Positions 19,196-28,842 of a stretch of DNA of 64,000 bases are shown here, in pieces (within the stretch, counting starts at the first letter, position 1; each line of letters starts with the position of its first letter). The stretch covers positions 8,459-72,458 of the forward strand of contig CAVUXP010000010.1 of the NCBI GenBank assembly GCA_963745335.1. The letters are read 5' to 3'. A model generated the notes under the pieces. It searched no databases. It worked only from the letters and a program-made list of their open reading frames with translations, and had not been told where the DNA came from. Source of the stretch: an uncultured Actinomycetota bacterium (lineage in GTDB: Bacteria; Actinomycetota; Actinomycetes; Actinomycetales; Dermatophilaceae). Position numbers and translations under genes: made by a program.

Positions 19196-20296
19196 ATGTC
19201 GGTGAGACGACACAGGTACGTCGTGGCGGCCCTTGCGGGCGCCACGGCGCTGGGGATCACCACGGCCCCATCCGCATCCGCAGCGCATCCGCACCATTGG
19301 ACGCGCACCCTGTCGATGAATGCCGCGGCGCCGTTCAGCGTCGCGCTGAGCAAGGGGAAGGTCTACTTCGCCGACGGCGGGACGAGCGCCGTCATGAAGA
19401 TCACGGCAGCGGGCGACCAGGTCGTCGCCTCCGGCCCGCAGCCCGGTGAGGTGGCCGGGCTCGCGTTCTCGCCCGACGGCAGGTCCATGGCCTACACGAC
19501 GACGGACTACACCAACGGCGCGACGACGCTGACGATCCGCCGGGCGGGGCACGCCGACGTCGTGGCCGACCTCAGCGGCTACGAGCAGAGCGCCAACCCG
19601 GACGCGGGACAGACCTACGGCATCGTCGCGGGCGGGAACCCCTGTGCCGAGGCGGTTCTCGAACAGCTCTCCGGTCTCCCGGCGACGTACACCGGCGTCC
19701 TGGACTCCCATCCGTACGCCGTGTCGTGGCTCGGCAGGGGTGCGTGGGCCGTCGCCGACGCGGGCGGCAACGACATCCTCCGGGTCAGCGCGTCCGGGCA
19801 CGTCTCGACCATCGGCCTGGTGCCACCCCAGCCGGTCACCCTGACGGCCGAGATGGTCGCCGGCCTGGGGGCGCCGGACTGCCTCGTCGGCGTGACCTAC
19901 GCCTTCGAGGGAGTGCCGACCGATGTCGAGCGCGACAGCCACGGCGCGCTGTGGGTCACCACCCTGCCGGGCGGACCCGAGGACCCCAGCCTCGGCGCCC
20001 GCGGCTCGCTGTACCGGATGAACCCGCACACCGGGTCGGCACATCGGATGGCGACCGGCTTCCTCGGGGCGACCGATGTCGCGATCGCGCCCAACGGCAC
20101 GGCCTACGTCACCGAGCTGTTCGCCGGGAAGGTCACGCGGCTCGCCCACGGCCACCGGGGGACCCTCAAGGAGATCGCCTCCCCGCTGTCGGTCGAGGTC
20201 AAGGGTGACGCCCTCTATGTCGGGACCCTCGGTGAGATCGACGAGAGCACCGGCGAGGTCATCACGCCCGGGACGGTGGTGAAGATCAAGCGCTGA
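19196..20296 (+). CDS. secreted beta-propeller protein (ScyD/ScyE-like)
   Basis: ATG 19196 behind AAAGGAG. Signal peptide [29 protein letters not shown]. Repeated G..YV/ADGG blades. The family name is tentative. Confidence 0.55.
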   Translation: MSVRRHRYVVAALAGATALGITTAPSASAAHPHHWTRTLSMNAAAPFSVALSKGKVYFADGGTSAVMKITAAGDQVVASGPQPGEVAGLAFSPDGRSMAYTTTDYTNGATTLTIRRAGHADVVADLSGYEQSANPDAGQTYGIVAGGNPCAEAVLEQLSGLPATYTGVLDSHPYAVSWLGRGAWAVADAGGNDILRVSASGHVSTIGLVPPQPVTLTAEMVAGLGAPDCLVGVTYAFEGVPTDVERDSHGALWVTTLPGGPEDPSLGARGSLYRMNPHTGSAHRMATGFLGATDVAIAPNGTAYVTELFAGKVTRLAHGHRGTLKEIASPLSVEVKGDALYVGTLGEIDESTGEVITPGTVVKIKR

Positions 20297-20346
20297 GCGA
20301 CCCGGTCCGACGACGGGACCACCCGGCTCTCCGGGCAAGACCGGCT

Positions 20347-20384
20347 CCCACCCCACCGCCTCGGCCATGAGGCGGCGGGGTGGG
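20347..20384 (+). terminator. GC-rich stem-loop downstream of the propeller gene
   Basis: CCCACCCCACCGCCTC-GGCCAT-GAGGCGGCGGGGTGGG pairs at 15 of 16 positions. No U-tract. Confidence 0.35.
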
Positions 20385-20414
20385 ATGCTGGGGCCATCAC
20401 CCCGTGGAGGCGGC

Positions 20415-21431
20415 ATGAGCGAGACGATGTGGGCCTGGGTGGTCGAGCATCCCGGACCGATCGACGAGGGGCCGCTGCGCCTCACCGAGCGAGCCGTCCC
20501 CGAGCCCGCCGCCGGTGAGGTGCTCGTCCGGGTCCGGGCGTGCGGCGTGTGCCGGACCGACCTGCACGTCAGCGAGGGCGACCTGGCGGTGCACCGGGAG
20601 CGGGTCGTGCCCGGGCACGAGGTCGTCGGCGAGGTCGTGGCCCAGGGCCCCGGGACCTCGCGCTTCGCGACCGGGGCGCGGGTCGGCATCGCCTGGCTGC
20701 GGCATACCTGCGGGGTATGCCGCTGGTGCCGCACCGGTCGGGAGAACCTCTGCCCCGACTCCCGCTACACGGGGTGGGACGAGGACGGCGGGTACGCCGA
20801 GTACGCGACGGTGCCCGAGGCCTTCGCCTACCCGATCCCCGACGACGTCGACGACGCGAGCGCGGCCCCGCTGCTCTGCGCGGGGATCATCGGCTACCGC
20901 TCCCTCGTGCGCGCGCAGCTGCCGCCCGGCGGACGGCTCGGCATCTACGGGTTCGGCGCCAGCGCACACCTCACCGCCCAGATCGCCCTCGCCCAGGGCG
21001 CCGAGCTGCACGTCCTCACCCGGGGGGAGGGCGCCCGACGGCTGGCCCTCGAGCTGGGGGCCGCGTCCGCCGGTGAGGCCTATGCCGCGCCGCCGGTCCC
21101 GCTCGACGCCGCCATTGTCTTCGCGCCGGTCGGCGACCTCGTGCCGGTCGCGCTCGAGGCGCTCGACGCCGGAGGGACCCTGGCCCTTGCCGGGATCCAC
21201 CTCAGCGACATCCCCACCCTGGACTACCAGCGGCACGTCTTCCGCGAGCGGACGCTGACGAGCGTCACGAGCAACACCCGACGCGACGGCGAGGAGCTGC
21301 TGCGACTCGCCGCCCGGCTCCGCGTGCGCCCGACGACGACGACGTACCCCCTCGAGCACGCGGACGCCGCGCTGCGCGACCTCGCGCACGGGGAGATCAC
21401 CGGTGCGGCGGTCCTCACCCTGGGCGGGTGA
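20415..21431 (+). CDS. zinc-dependent alcohol dehydrogenase
   Basis: [17 protein letters not shown], structural-zinc C-x2-C-x2-C-x7-C ([15 protein letters not shown]), and [13 protein letters not shown] fold. Confidence 0.9.
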   Translation: MSETMWAWVVEHPGPIDEGPLRLTERAVPEPAAGEVLVRVRACGVCRTDLHVSEGDLAVHRERVVPGHEVVGEVVAQGPGTSRFATGARVGIAWLRHTCGVCRWCRTGRENLCPDSRYTGWDEDGGYAEYATVPEAFAYPIPDDVDDASAAPLLCAGIIGYRSLVRAQLPPGGRLGIYGFGASAHLTAQIALAQGAELHVLTRGEGARRLALELGAASAGEAYAAPPVPLDAAIVFAPVGDLVPVALEALDAGGTLALAGIHLSDIPTLDYQRHVFRERTLTSVTSNTRRDGEELLRLAARLRVRPTTTTYPLEHADAALRDLAHGEITGAAVLTLGG

Positions 21432-21490
21432 CGGCCGACCGGACCGGGCGCACGCTGGCGAGACGCCCACCCACCTCGGCCGGCGACGGC

Positions 21491-22423
21491 TCAGCCGTTG
21501 GCGTAGCTGGCCCGGACGAGCGGCAGGGCGCGCCGGAGCGTCTCGGCGTCCGTCACCCGGACCTCGAGGTAGCCGGTGCCGAAGTGACCGAGCCGGCTGA
21601 CGTCGCGGGTGAAGTCGTCGTCGAGCTCGACGCTGTCCGGGTCGAGGCGCAGATAGAGCAGCAGGGCGTTCTCGCGCCGGTCGACCTCGACGCAGGTGAA
21701 GTTCCGTAGTCGCCGGAACGCGATGTACGTGTCGCGGACCCGGCGGGTCACGTCCTCACCCAGCCCCTCGACGAAGTCGGCGAGCGCGGCATACGAGACG
21801 CGCAGCTCCTCCGGCGCCTCGGCGAGGTCCTCGGACACGGTGCGGTATGCCGCGTGCGCGTGGGCCCCGTTCCCGGATGGGTCGGCGGCCGGCGGCGCGG
21901 GCGAGGCGGCGGCGGACCGGTCGACCCGGCCGGAGGTGAGGTGCTCGAGCGTGAGCAGGTCGTCCTCGAGGCGGGTGCAGCGGACGAGGTCGACCGGGCG
22001 GGCGAGCTGCTCGGCGAGGTGCACGTCGTAGCGGGTGAAGGCCTCGGCGACGGCGACGAGCCGGGCCCCGTCCCAGTCGATGACCTCGTCGGCCCCCGGT
22101 CCGTGCCGCTCGCTCACGAGCAGCCGGAGGTCGGCCCGGTGGTCGAGGAGCCAGTCGAGGAAGAACACTCCCCGGGCGAGCGCCCCGTCCTCGGGGCCGC
22201 TCGCGACCTCGACGACGGTCGGGGCGGCGTTCTCGTCGAGACCGACGACGGCGATCCGGCCCCCGTGTCGCGAGCCGGTGGCGTAGTCGGTCGCGAGCGG
22301 CGTGACACCGAGCATCGCCTCGGCGTTCGCGGCCACGAGGTCTCGCAGCGGCGCACCGTCGCCGCCGGCGAGGATCTCCACCGCGTCGCCGCCGCGGACA
22401 CGGAAGACCGTGACGTCGGGCAT
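21491..22423 (-). CDS. NucS/DUF91-like nuclease-fold N-domain fused to a DUF5655-like C-domain
   Basis: ATG 22421-22423 behind GGAGGGGG. GRIAVVGLDENAAPTVVEVA (PD-(D/E)xK-like core). C-terminal YIAFRRLRNFTCVEV ... LLLYLRLDP ... RDVSRLGHFGTGYLEV. Confidence 0.55.
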   Translation of the reverse strand: MPDVTVFRVRGGDAVEILAGGDGAPLRDLVAANAEAMLGVTPLATDYATGSRHGGRIAVVGLDENAAPTVVEVASGPEDGALARGVFFLDWLLDHRADLRLLVSERHGPGADEVIDWDGARLVAVAEAFTRYDVHLAEQLARPVDLVRCTRLEDDLLTLEHLTSGRVDRSAAASPAPPAADPSGNGAHAHAAYRTVSEDLAEAPEELRVSYAALADFVEGLGEDVTRRVRDTYIAFRRLRNFTCVEVDRRENALLLYLRLDPDSVELDDDFTRDVSRLGHFGTGYLEVRVTDAETLRRALPLVRASYANG

Positions 22424-22598
22424 GGTTCCCCCTCCAGTGGCCCCGCCAGGAAGGGGCCGAGGCCCGACCGGGCGGGCCCGGTACCAGGGTAGAGCGGCGG
22501 CGGCAGCGGGCGGGTCGGTTTCGGGGTCCACGATAGGCGGAGCAGCGTCCCGGGGCCGCGACGGCGCGCGGCCGCACCGACGCGTCGGCCGGCGGGGT

Positions 22599-24748
22599 CT
22601 ACCGGGCTGCCGACGTCTCCGACGCGGCGCGGGCCGCGCCCGCCTGCACGGCCGTGAGGGCGATCGTGTAGACGATGTCCTCGACGAGGGCGCCCCGGCT
22701 GAGGTCGTTGACCGGCCGGGCGAGGCCCTGGAGCATCGGGCCGATGCTGACGACGTCGGCGCTGCGCTGGACGGCCTTGTACGTCGTGTTGCCGGTGTCG
22801 AGGTCGGGGAAGACGAAGACGGTCGCCCGACCGGCGACGAGGCTGCCCGGCCGCTTGCTCTTGCCGACCGAGCGCGAGGCGGCGGCGTCGTACTGCAGCG
22901 GCCCGTCGACGGCGAGGTCGGGGCGCCGCTCGCGGACGATGCGGGTCGCCTCGACGACCTTCTCGACGTCCTGGCCGGCGCCGGACTCGCCGGTGCTGAA
23001 GCTGATCATCGCGACCCGGGGCTCGATGCCGAAGGCCGCGGCCGACCCGGCGCTCTGGATGGCGATGTCGGCGAGCTGGTCGGCCGTCGGGTTCGTGTTG
23101 ATGGCGCAGTCCCCGTAGACGAGCACCTCGTCGGGCAGGCACATGAAGAACACCGACGAGACGAGCGAGGAGTCCGGCGCCGTCCCGAGGATCTGGAGGG
23201 CGGGGCGGACCGTGTGGGCGGTCGTGTGCTCGGCGCCGGCGACGAGGCCGGCGACCTCGCCGGCGTGGACCATCATCGTGCCGACGGTGATCGGGTCGGT
23301 GAGGAGGCGCTCCCGGGAGACGTCCTCGGTCCAGCCCTTGTGGGCGCGCAGCGCGGTGAGCGGCGCGACGTAGCGCTCGGCGACCTCCTCGGGGTCGATG
23401 ATCTCGAGGGTGGCCGGAGTCTCGAGTCCGAGGTTGGCGATCCGGGTCCGCACCGCCTCCGGCGGGCCGAGGAGGACCGGGCCGGGCGATGCCCCGGTGA
23501 GCGCACTCGACCGCGGCGCGGAGGGTGCGCGGCTCGAGGCCCTCGGGCAGGACGATCCGGGCGTCGGCCCGCCGGGCGAGGTCGACGAGCCGGAACCGGA
23601 AGGCCGCCGGGCTCAGGCGCCGCGCCTCCGGGGCGGACAGGACTCCGGCGATGACCTCGTCGTCGAAGGCCGCCGCGCCGTGCGCCATGACCGCCTCGCC
23701 CCGGGAGACGTCGTCGGCCGAGAGCTCGATGTCGATGTCCTGGACGAGGGTCACGGCGTCGTAGGTCATGACGTCCGTCGCCAGGACCGGCAGCCCGGTC
23801 TCGACGGCGGAACGGCACAGCGACCAGACGGTGGGGTCCGGGTCGACGCCCGCACTGAGGAGGAGGGCAGCGAGCGGCGTCCCGCCGAGAGCGGCGAGGC
23901 TCGCCGCCATGATGACGTCGTGCCGGTCGCCGGGTACGACGATGAGCTCCCCCTCGGTCAGCACCCGCAGGCCGCCCGGGACGGCCTGCGCGAAGACCGA
24001 GGTCCCCTTGATCCGACGGTCGAGGTCCCCCTCGTTGAGGACCCGACAGCCGGTCTCGCGGACGAGGTCCCGCACCCGGGGCTGGGTCAGCTCGGCGCGG
24101 TAGGGAATGGCCGCGAGCAGCCGGAGCCCGCGCCGCTCCAGGGCCCGGCCGAGCAGCTCCATGACCGACGCGTCCCCCGTCGGGGCGCGGTTGACGATGC
24201 AGCCGACGACGCGGGTCGTCTCGCCCGCCGAGTAGGTCGCCATCGTGATGGCCAGGCCCTCGGCGAGATGGTCGACCGCCTCGCCGAGGACGGCCGTGGT
24301 GTCGGTGCCCGGCGGCTGGCTGCTCTCGAGGGGCGGGAAGGTGCCGACGAGGACGACGTCGGCGTTGAGCGCCCGGGCCATCGCCTGGTTGACCCGTCCC
24401 GAGTAGATCTGGGTCGGGCCGGGGTTGAGGCCCTCGGTGACGACGACGTCGTGGTTATCCCCGGCCTGCCAGCGGGTGACGACCTCCTCGAGGACGGCGT
24501 CGATCCCGCCGGTGCTCAGCATCTCGTCGAGGGCGTCAGCCGGCAGCGGGTCCGCCGGGCGCAGCGGCGTGAGCGCCCGGACCAGCGCGGCGGAGACGTC
24601 GACCCGGCCGTCGGGGCCGCGGCTGGCCGAGCGGCCGGAAGTACCCGACGTCGACGCCACGCTCGTCGAGTGCGCGCAGCAGCCCGAGGCAGGCACTGGT
24701 CAGCCCGACGCGGGGCCCGCTCGGGGCAACCAGGAGGGTTCGCGCCAT
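22599..24748 (-). pseudogene. pta: phosphate acetyltransferase, two frame shifts as assembled
   Basis: The N-terminus is ORF 24536..24748 (MARTLLVAPSG ... VGYFRPL). The middle lies in the frame of ORF 22114..24696. The PTA_PTB domain is ORF 22599..23453 ([16 protein letters not shown]). Shifts near 24635 and 23485. Confidence 0.9.
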
Positions 24749-24755
24749 CGTCCGG

Positions 24756-25971
24756 TCACTCCTCGTCCGCCGGCCGGGTCAGCCGGATCGTGTCCATCGC
24801 GATCATGAGCTCCTCGTCGGTCGGGACGACGAGGACCGCAGGCCCGTCTCCCGCGTCGATCCGTCCCGCGGAGGTGGGTGCCGTGCCCGGCGTTGCGGTC
24901 GGCGTCGAGGGTGAGCCCGAGGAAGCCCAGGGCCGAGACCGTCCGGGCCCGGACCCGATCGTCGTGCTCGCCGATCCCGCCGGTGAAGGCGAGGGCGTCG
25001 AGCCGGCCGAGGCCGACGACGAGCCCGGCGATCGCCGTCGCGAGCCGGTAGACGAAGACGTCGACCGCGAGCGCCGCCCGCTCGTCGCCCGCGTCGAACG
25101 CCTCCCACATCTCCCGCATGTCGTTCGTCGCGCCGGAGAGCCCGAGCAGCCCGCTCTCCTGGTTGAGCAGCGTGGTCACGGCGTGGGCGGACAGGCCGTG
25201 GGCGTCGTCGAGATAGGTGAAGATCCCCGGGTCGATGTCACCGGAACGGGTGCCCATGACGAGGCCCTCGAGCGGGGTCAGGCCCATCGTCGTGTCGACC
25301 GACCGGCCGCCGAGGACCGCCGTCGCGCTGCAGCCGTTGCCGAGGTGGGCGACGACGACGGCGAGATCGGCCGGGTCCTGCCCGAGCAGCTCGGCCGTCC
25401 GGGCGCTGACGTAGCGGTGGCTCGTGCCGTGGAAGCCGTAGCGGCGCACGCCGTACTCGGCATACCAGGTCTCGGGCACGGCATACCGGTAGGCCCGGGG
25501 CGGCATCGTCTGGTGGAACGCGGTGTCGAACACCGCGACCTGCGGCACGTCCGGCCAGGCGTGGAGCGCCGCCTTGATCCCGAGCAGGCCGGGCGGGTTG
25601 TGCAGGGGCGCGAGGGGCGAGAACTCCTCGATGGCGTCGATGACGTCCTCGGAGATGAGGACCGAGTCGGAGAAGCGCTCTCCGCCGTGGACGACGCGAT
25701 GCCCCACGCCGACCGGGTGCAGCGATGGCTCGAGCCCGCCGACCGCGTCGACGATGGCGCCGACCGCCGACCGGTGGGACGTGCCGTCGAGCGGTCCCTC
25801 GGAGCGGCCCTCGGGGCCGTCGAGCCGCAGCCACGCCTCGTCGCTGCCGAGCCGCTCCGCGAGGCCGGAGAGCACCCGCCCCCCGGATCCGGAGTCGATG
25901 AGGGCGAACTTGAGCGACGAGCTCCCCGCGTTGATGACGAGGACCGTCGAGGATGGCGCCTGGTCGGGCAT
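24756..25971 (-). pseudogene. ackA: acetate kinase, C-terminal frame shift as assembled
   Basis: MPDQAPSSTVLVINAGSSSLKF ... HRVVHGG ... GFHGTSH lies in ORF 24700..26460. The true tail SAGRIDAGDGPAVLVVPTDEELMIAMDT was read by hand in another frame. Shift near 24875; span is 1216 nt. Confidence 0.9.
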
Positions 25972-26036
25972 GGTTCCTCGCTCTGCTGCCGGGGACGGTG
26001 GTCGGCCGCCGTCCCAGCGTAATGTCGTGTGCCAGG

Positions 26037-26744
26037 TCACTCGGGGTCGGGTGCGCCCTCCTGCCGGCCGTATGCCGGCTCGCCCGGTCGCGCGCGGACC
26101 CGCGCCAGGAGGCCGCCCAGGGGAGGCGGCACCGCGGCCGGGTCGAGGCGCTCGGCGAGCAGCTCGCCGTAGCGGATCTTGCGCATCGACCGGGTGCCGA
26201 GGAAGCGGCGCAGCTGCGCGGTGACCGGGCGGTCGCGCTGGGCCGGCTGGCTCTGGAAGAGACGGAAGGAGTCGAGCTCGCGCTGCTCGGCGAGGACGGT
26301 CTCGACCCGGGCGATCCCGAGGGCCCGGATGAGCTCGTCCTCGAGGTCCTCGACGCACACGAAGAACCCGAGGTCGGCGAGGTCGTCGCGGTCGAGACCC
26401 CGGCCGAAGCCCGCCCGTTCGAGCCCGCCCGCGACGTACCGCTCCTCGGCGGCGTCGCACAGGCCCGCGAGGGTCAGTCGGTCGCTCAGCGGACCGAGGC
26501 GCTCGAGGTAGTGGCCGATGTTCGTTGCGCCGCCGATGACGACGACCTCGACGCCGTCGTCGCGCAGATCTCCACCGCCGAGCCGGGCCACCGCCTCGAC
26601 CGCGGCCCGGTCGCTGGGCCCCTCGACGAGGACGACCGCCTCGGCGGTGGCGGCGCGGTCCACGGCACGCTCGACGGCGGCCTCGAGGCGGCTCGGCCCG
26701 CCCTCACCCGGCTCTCCTCGGTAGCGGACCCCCGTGCGCGTCAC
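26037..26744 (-). CDS. TOPRIM-domain protein (OLD-nuclease-like, lacking the ATPase domain)
   Basis: VVLVEGPSDRAAVEAVA ... VVVIGGATN ... LAGLCDAAEE ... FVCVEDLEDELIRALG ... QLRRFLGTRSMRKIRYG. Conserved actinobacterial family as I recall it. Confidence 0.65.
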   Translation of the reverse strand: MTRTGVRYRGEPGEGGPSRLEAAVERAVDRAATAEAVVLVEGPSDRAAVEAVARLGGGDLRDDGVEVVVIGGATNIGHYLERLGPLSDRLTLAGLCDAAEERYVAGGLERAGFGRGLDRDDLADLGFFVCVEDLEDELIRALGIARVETVLAEQRELDSFRLFQSQPAQRDRPVTAQLRRFLGTRSMRKIRYGELLAERLDPAAVPPPLGGLLARVRARPGEPAYGRQEGAPDPE

Positions 26745-26756
26745 GACCCGCCCGCC

Positions 26757-27488
26757 TCAGACGTGCCGGTTGCGGTCGACGGCGGCGGCGCGCCGGACGC
26801 TCCGGCGCACCCTCGTCTCGTCGCCGATGGCGATCCGGCCGGGCTTCTCGACCGAGCAGTAGACGCCGAGCCGCAGGTCGCGCTCGCGCGCGAGCGCACC
26901 GAGGAGCGGGGTCGTCGACCCGAGGCCGTCCTGGGCGAGGTCGACCATCCGGCAGCGCTCGATCCGCTCGACGACGTGGAGCCCGGCCGTGCCGACGGAG
27001 AGGGCCATGTCGACCCAGGTCTCCTCGATGAAGGGCACGCTCGTCGTGAGGACGATGTTCGGACGCAGCCGCCGAGGGTCGACGTCGACGCCGAGGTGGT
27101 GTCGGCACCATTCGAGCGACGCGGTGCCGACGAGGGAGACCTGGCCCGCGTCCTGGTGGGGGAGCCCGCCCTCGGGGCTCACGCGCACCGCGGCACCCAT
27201 GGCGGCGGAGAGGTGGGCGTCGAGGTCGGGGTCGCCGACCCGCCACGAGCCTTCCGGCCCGGTGACGCGGACGTGGCCGCGGTCGGTGTGGGCCGCGTGG
27301 TCGAACACCGCGTCCCGGCGGCGGAACCGGCTCGTCGTCTTGCCGGAGGCGAGGCGACCGTCGTCGTCGACGACGGCATACCAGCGGTCGCCGACGAGCC
27401 CCCGCTGGTCGAGCGTGACCGCGGGGAGCGCCTCGCCGCCCATGGACTTCACCGGGTAGCGGCGGAGCATGGCGACGGGGAAGGACAC
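26757..27488 (-). CDS. MOSC domain-containing protein
   Basis: LRRYPVKSMGGEAL ... GLVGDRWYAVVD ... RLRPNIVL ... ERCRMVD. Confidence 0.85.
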   Translation of the reverse strand: MSFPVAMLRRYPVKSMGGEALPAVTLDQRGLVGDRWYAVVDDDGRLASGKTTSRFRRRDAVFDHAAHTDRGHVRVTGPEGSWRVGDPDLDAHLSAAMGAAVRVSPEGGLPHQDAGQVSLVGTASLEWCRHHLGVDVDPRRLRPNIVLTTSVPFIEETWVDMALSVGTAGLHVVERIERCRMVDLAQDGLGSTTPLLGALARERDLRLGVYCSVEKPGRIAIGDETRVRRSVRRAAAVDRNRHV

Positions 27489-28120
27489 GTCGGCACGCTA
27501 GCGCGCGGCGGGGCGGTGCCACCATGCCCCGGGCGCGACCGCGACCCCCGAGGACCGGTCAGCCGGCGGCCGCGGACCAGCGCGGTGAGCCGCTCGATCG
27601 CGGCGTCCGCCGGGGCCCGGTCGCCGGTCACCGCGACCTCGAAGAGCAGACCCCGGGCGGCCGCCAGCGACAGATGCGCCAGGTCGCGGGCGGCCCGGTC
27701 GTCGAGGCCGACCCGCAGGTACGCCTCGGTGAGCGGGCCGACCCAGCCGGCGACGAGCCAGTCGCGCAGCGAGGCGGCATACGGCTTGCCCTGCATCGCC
27801 GCCCCGGAGAGCTCGAAGAAGAGGGGTGCGAAGGTCTCGGCCCGCGCTGCGACGTGCTCCCAGAACGCGGCGCCGGCCTCGAAGGGGTCTCCGCTCGTGG
27901 CGAGCAGCTCCTCCATCGCGGTTCGCTCGCCGCGCTCGACGGCCTCGACGACCGCGCTGAGCAACCCCTCGCGGGAGCCGAAGTGGTAGATGAGCATGCG
28001 ATGGCTGGTCCCGATCCCGGCGGCGAGCGTGCGCAGGCTCGTGTCGCCGATGCCGTTCGCGGCGAACCACCCGACCGCTCGGGCGAGGAGGTCCTCGCGG
28101 GGGGTGGCGGCCGGCGTCAC
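27449..28120 (-). CDS. TetR/AcrR family transcriptional regulator
   Basis: GTG 28118-28120 overlaps the upstream stop (GTGA). GIGDTSLRTLAAGIGTSHRMLIYHFGSREGLL HTH. The last 30 or so codons look non-coding, so the 3' end is uncertain. Confidence 0.8.
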   Translation of the reverse strand: MTPAATPREDLLARAVGWFAANGIGDTSLRTLAAGIGTSHRMLIYHFGSREGLLSAVVEAVERGERTAMEELLATSGDPFEAGAAFWEHVAARAETFAPLFFELSGAAMQGKPYAASLRDWLVAGWVGPLTEAYLRVGLDDRAARDLAHLSLAAARGLLFEVAVTGDRAPADAAIERLTALVRGRRLTGPRGSRSRPGHGGTAPPRASVPTCPSPSPCSAATR

Positions 28121-28548
28121 GAGCCGGCCGGGTGCGCGGACTCGGCCCGCGCGGCGAGCGCCGCGGCCTCGGTCTCGAGATAGCGACGGGTCAGCCGTCC
28201 GTACCCGAGCCGGATGAGCCACGCGAGCGGCCCGGACCAGTCGATGGCCAGGGCGATCTCGGTGCCGTCGGCCGTCGGACGCAGCTCGTGCCGGCCGACG
28301 GACGTGACCCCGGGGGCGTGGGACTCCCAGGTGAAGCCGGCACCCGGTCGCCAGTCGGTCACCGTCCAGCGGGCCCGGGGCAGGCGCGGCTGGCGCAGGT
28401 CGTATGCCGTGCCGACCCCGTCGGGGGCGCCCGGCGCGACGGGCTCGGCGGCGTCGACGGTGGGGAGCCACTCGGGCCAGCGCCGGAGGTCGGACAGGAT
28501 CGGCCACAGCTCGTCGGGGGTGGCGCTCGTGAGGCGGGTCGTGTGCAT
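28117..28548 (-). CDS. SRPBCC (START/polyketide-cyclase-like) family protein
   Basis: ATPDELWPILSDLRRWPEWLPTV; 143 aa. First gene of an SRPBCC-TetR-MOSC string. Confidence 0.8.
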   Translation of the reverse strand: MHTTRLTSATPDELWPILSDLRRWPEWLPTVDAAEPVAPGAPDGVGTAYDLRQPRLPRARWTVTDWRPGAGFTWESHAPGVTSVGRHELRPTADGTEIALAIDWSGPLAWLIRLGYGRLTRRYLETEAAALAARAESAHPAGS

Positions 28549-28570
28549 GTACCAAATGGTACATGCACAC
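28541..28570. promoter_or_regulatory. 30-bp palindrome (14-bp perfect arms), probable TetR operator
   Basis: GTGTGCATGTACCA-AA-TGGTACATGCACAC. It covers the ATG (28546-28548) of the SRPBCC gene. Confidence 0.6.
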
Positions 28571-28728
28571 GCCTGGCGATCGCAAGGCGCCGCGTGGCAG
28601 CAGCCGCTCCCGACAGCAGCCGCTCCCGACAGCGCCGCTCAGCGGCTGCTCCACGACCGACGCCCGCCCGCCGACCGCGCGGCCACCCCCGTCCGACGGC
28701 TGGCCGCCGACCGCGCAGGCCTCCTGCC

Positions 28729-28829
28729 GAGCACTTCACCCCGGAACGTGGCACTTCACCCCGGGAAGGTTCCCCGGCGAAGTGCCACATTCCCGCCTGC
28801 GGCGGGAAAGTTGTGGCAGGGGGCGGGCG
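28729..28829. repeat. family-B interspersed element, copy 1 (about 100 bp, hairpin-rich)
   Basis: GTGGCACTTCACCCCGGGAAGGTTCCCCGGCGAAGTGCCAC followed by TTCCCGCCTGCGGCGGGAA. Its reverse complement aligns at roughly 85% by eye with 58144-58240. Confidence 0.65.
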
Positions 28830-28842
28830 CTAGGGTCGGGAC

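Noticed and set aside
24536-24748. A 70-aa ORF upstream of the main pta ORF, and the 61-aa ORF 10275..10460, were considered as independent small genes.
   Set aside because: Both are fragments of larger genes cut off by frame shifts: the Pta N-terminus ending in VGYFRPL, and the patatin-like C-terminus ending in FEAYRGLG.
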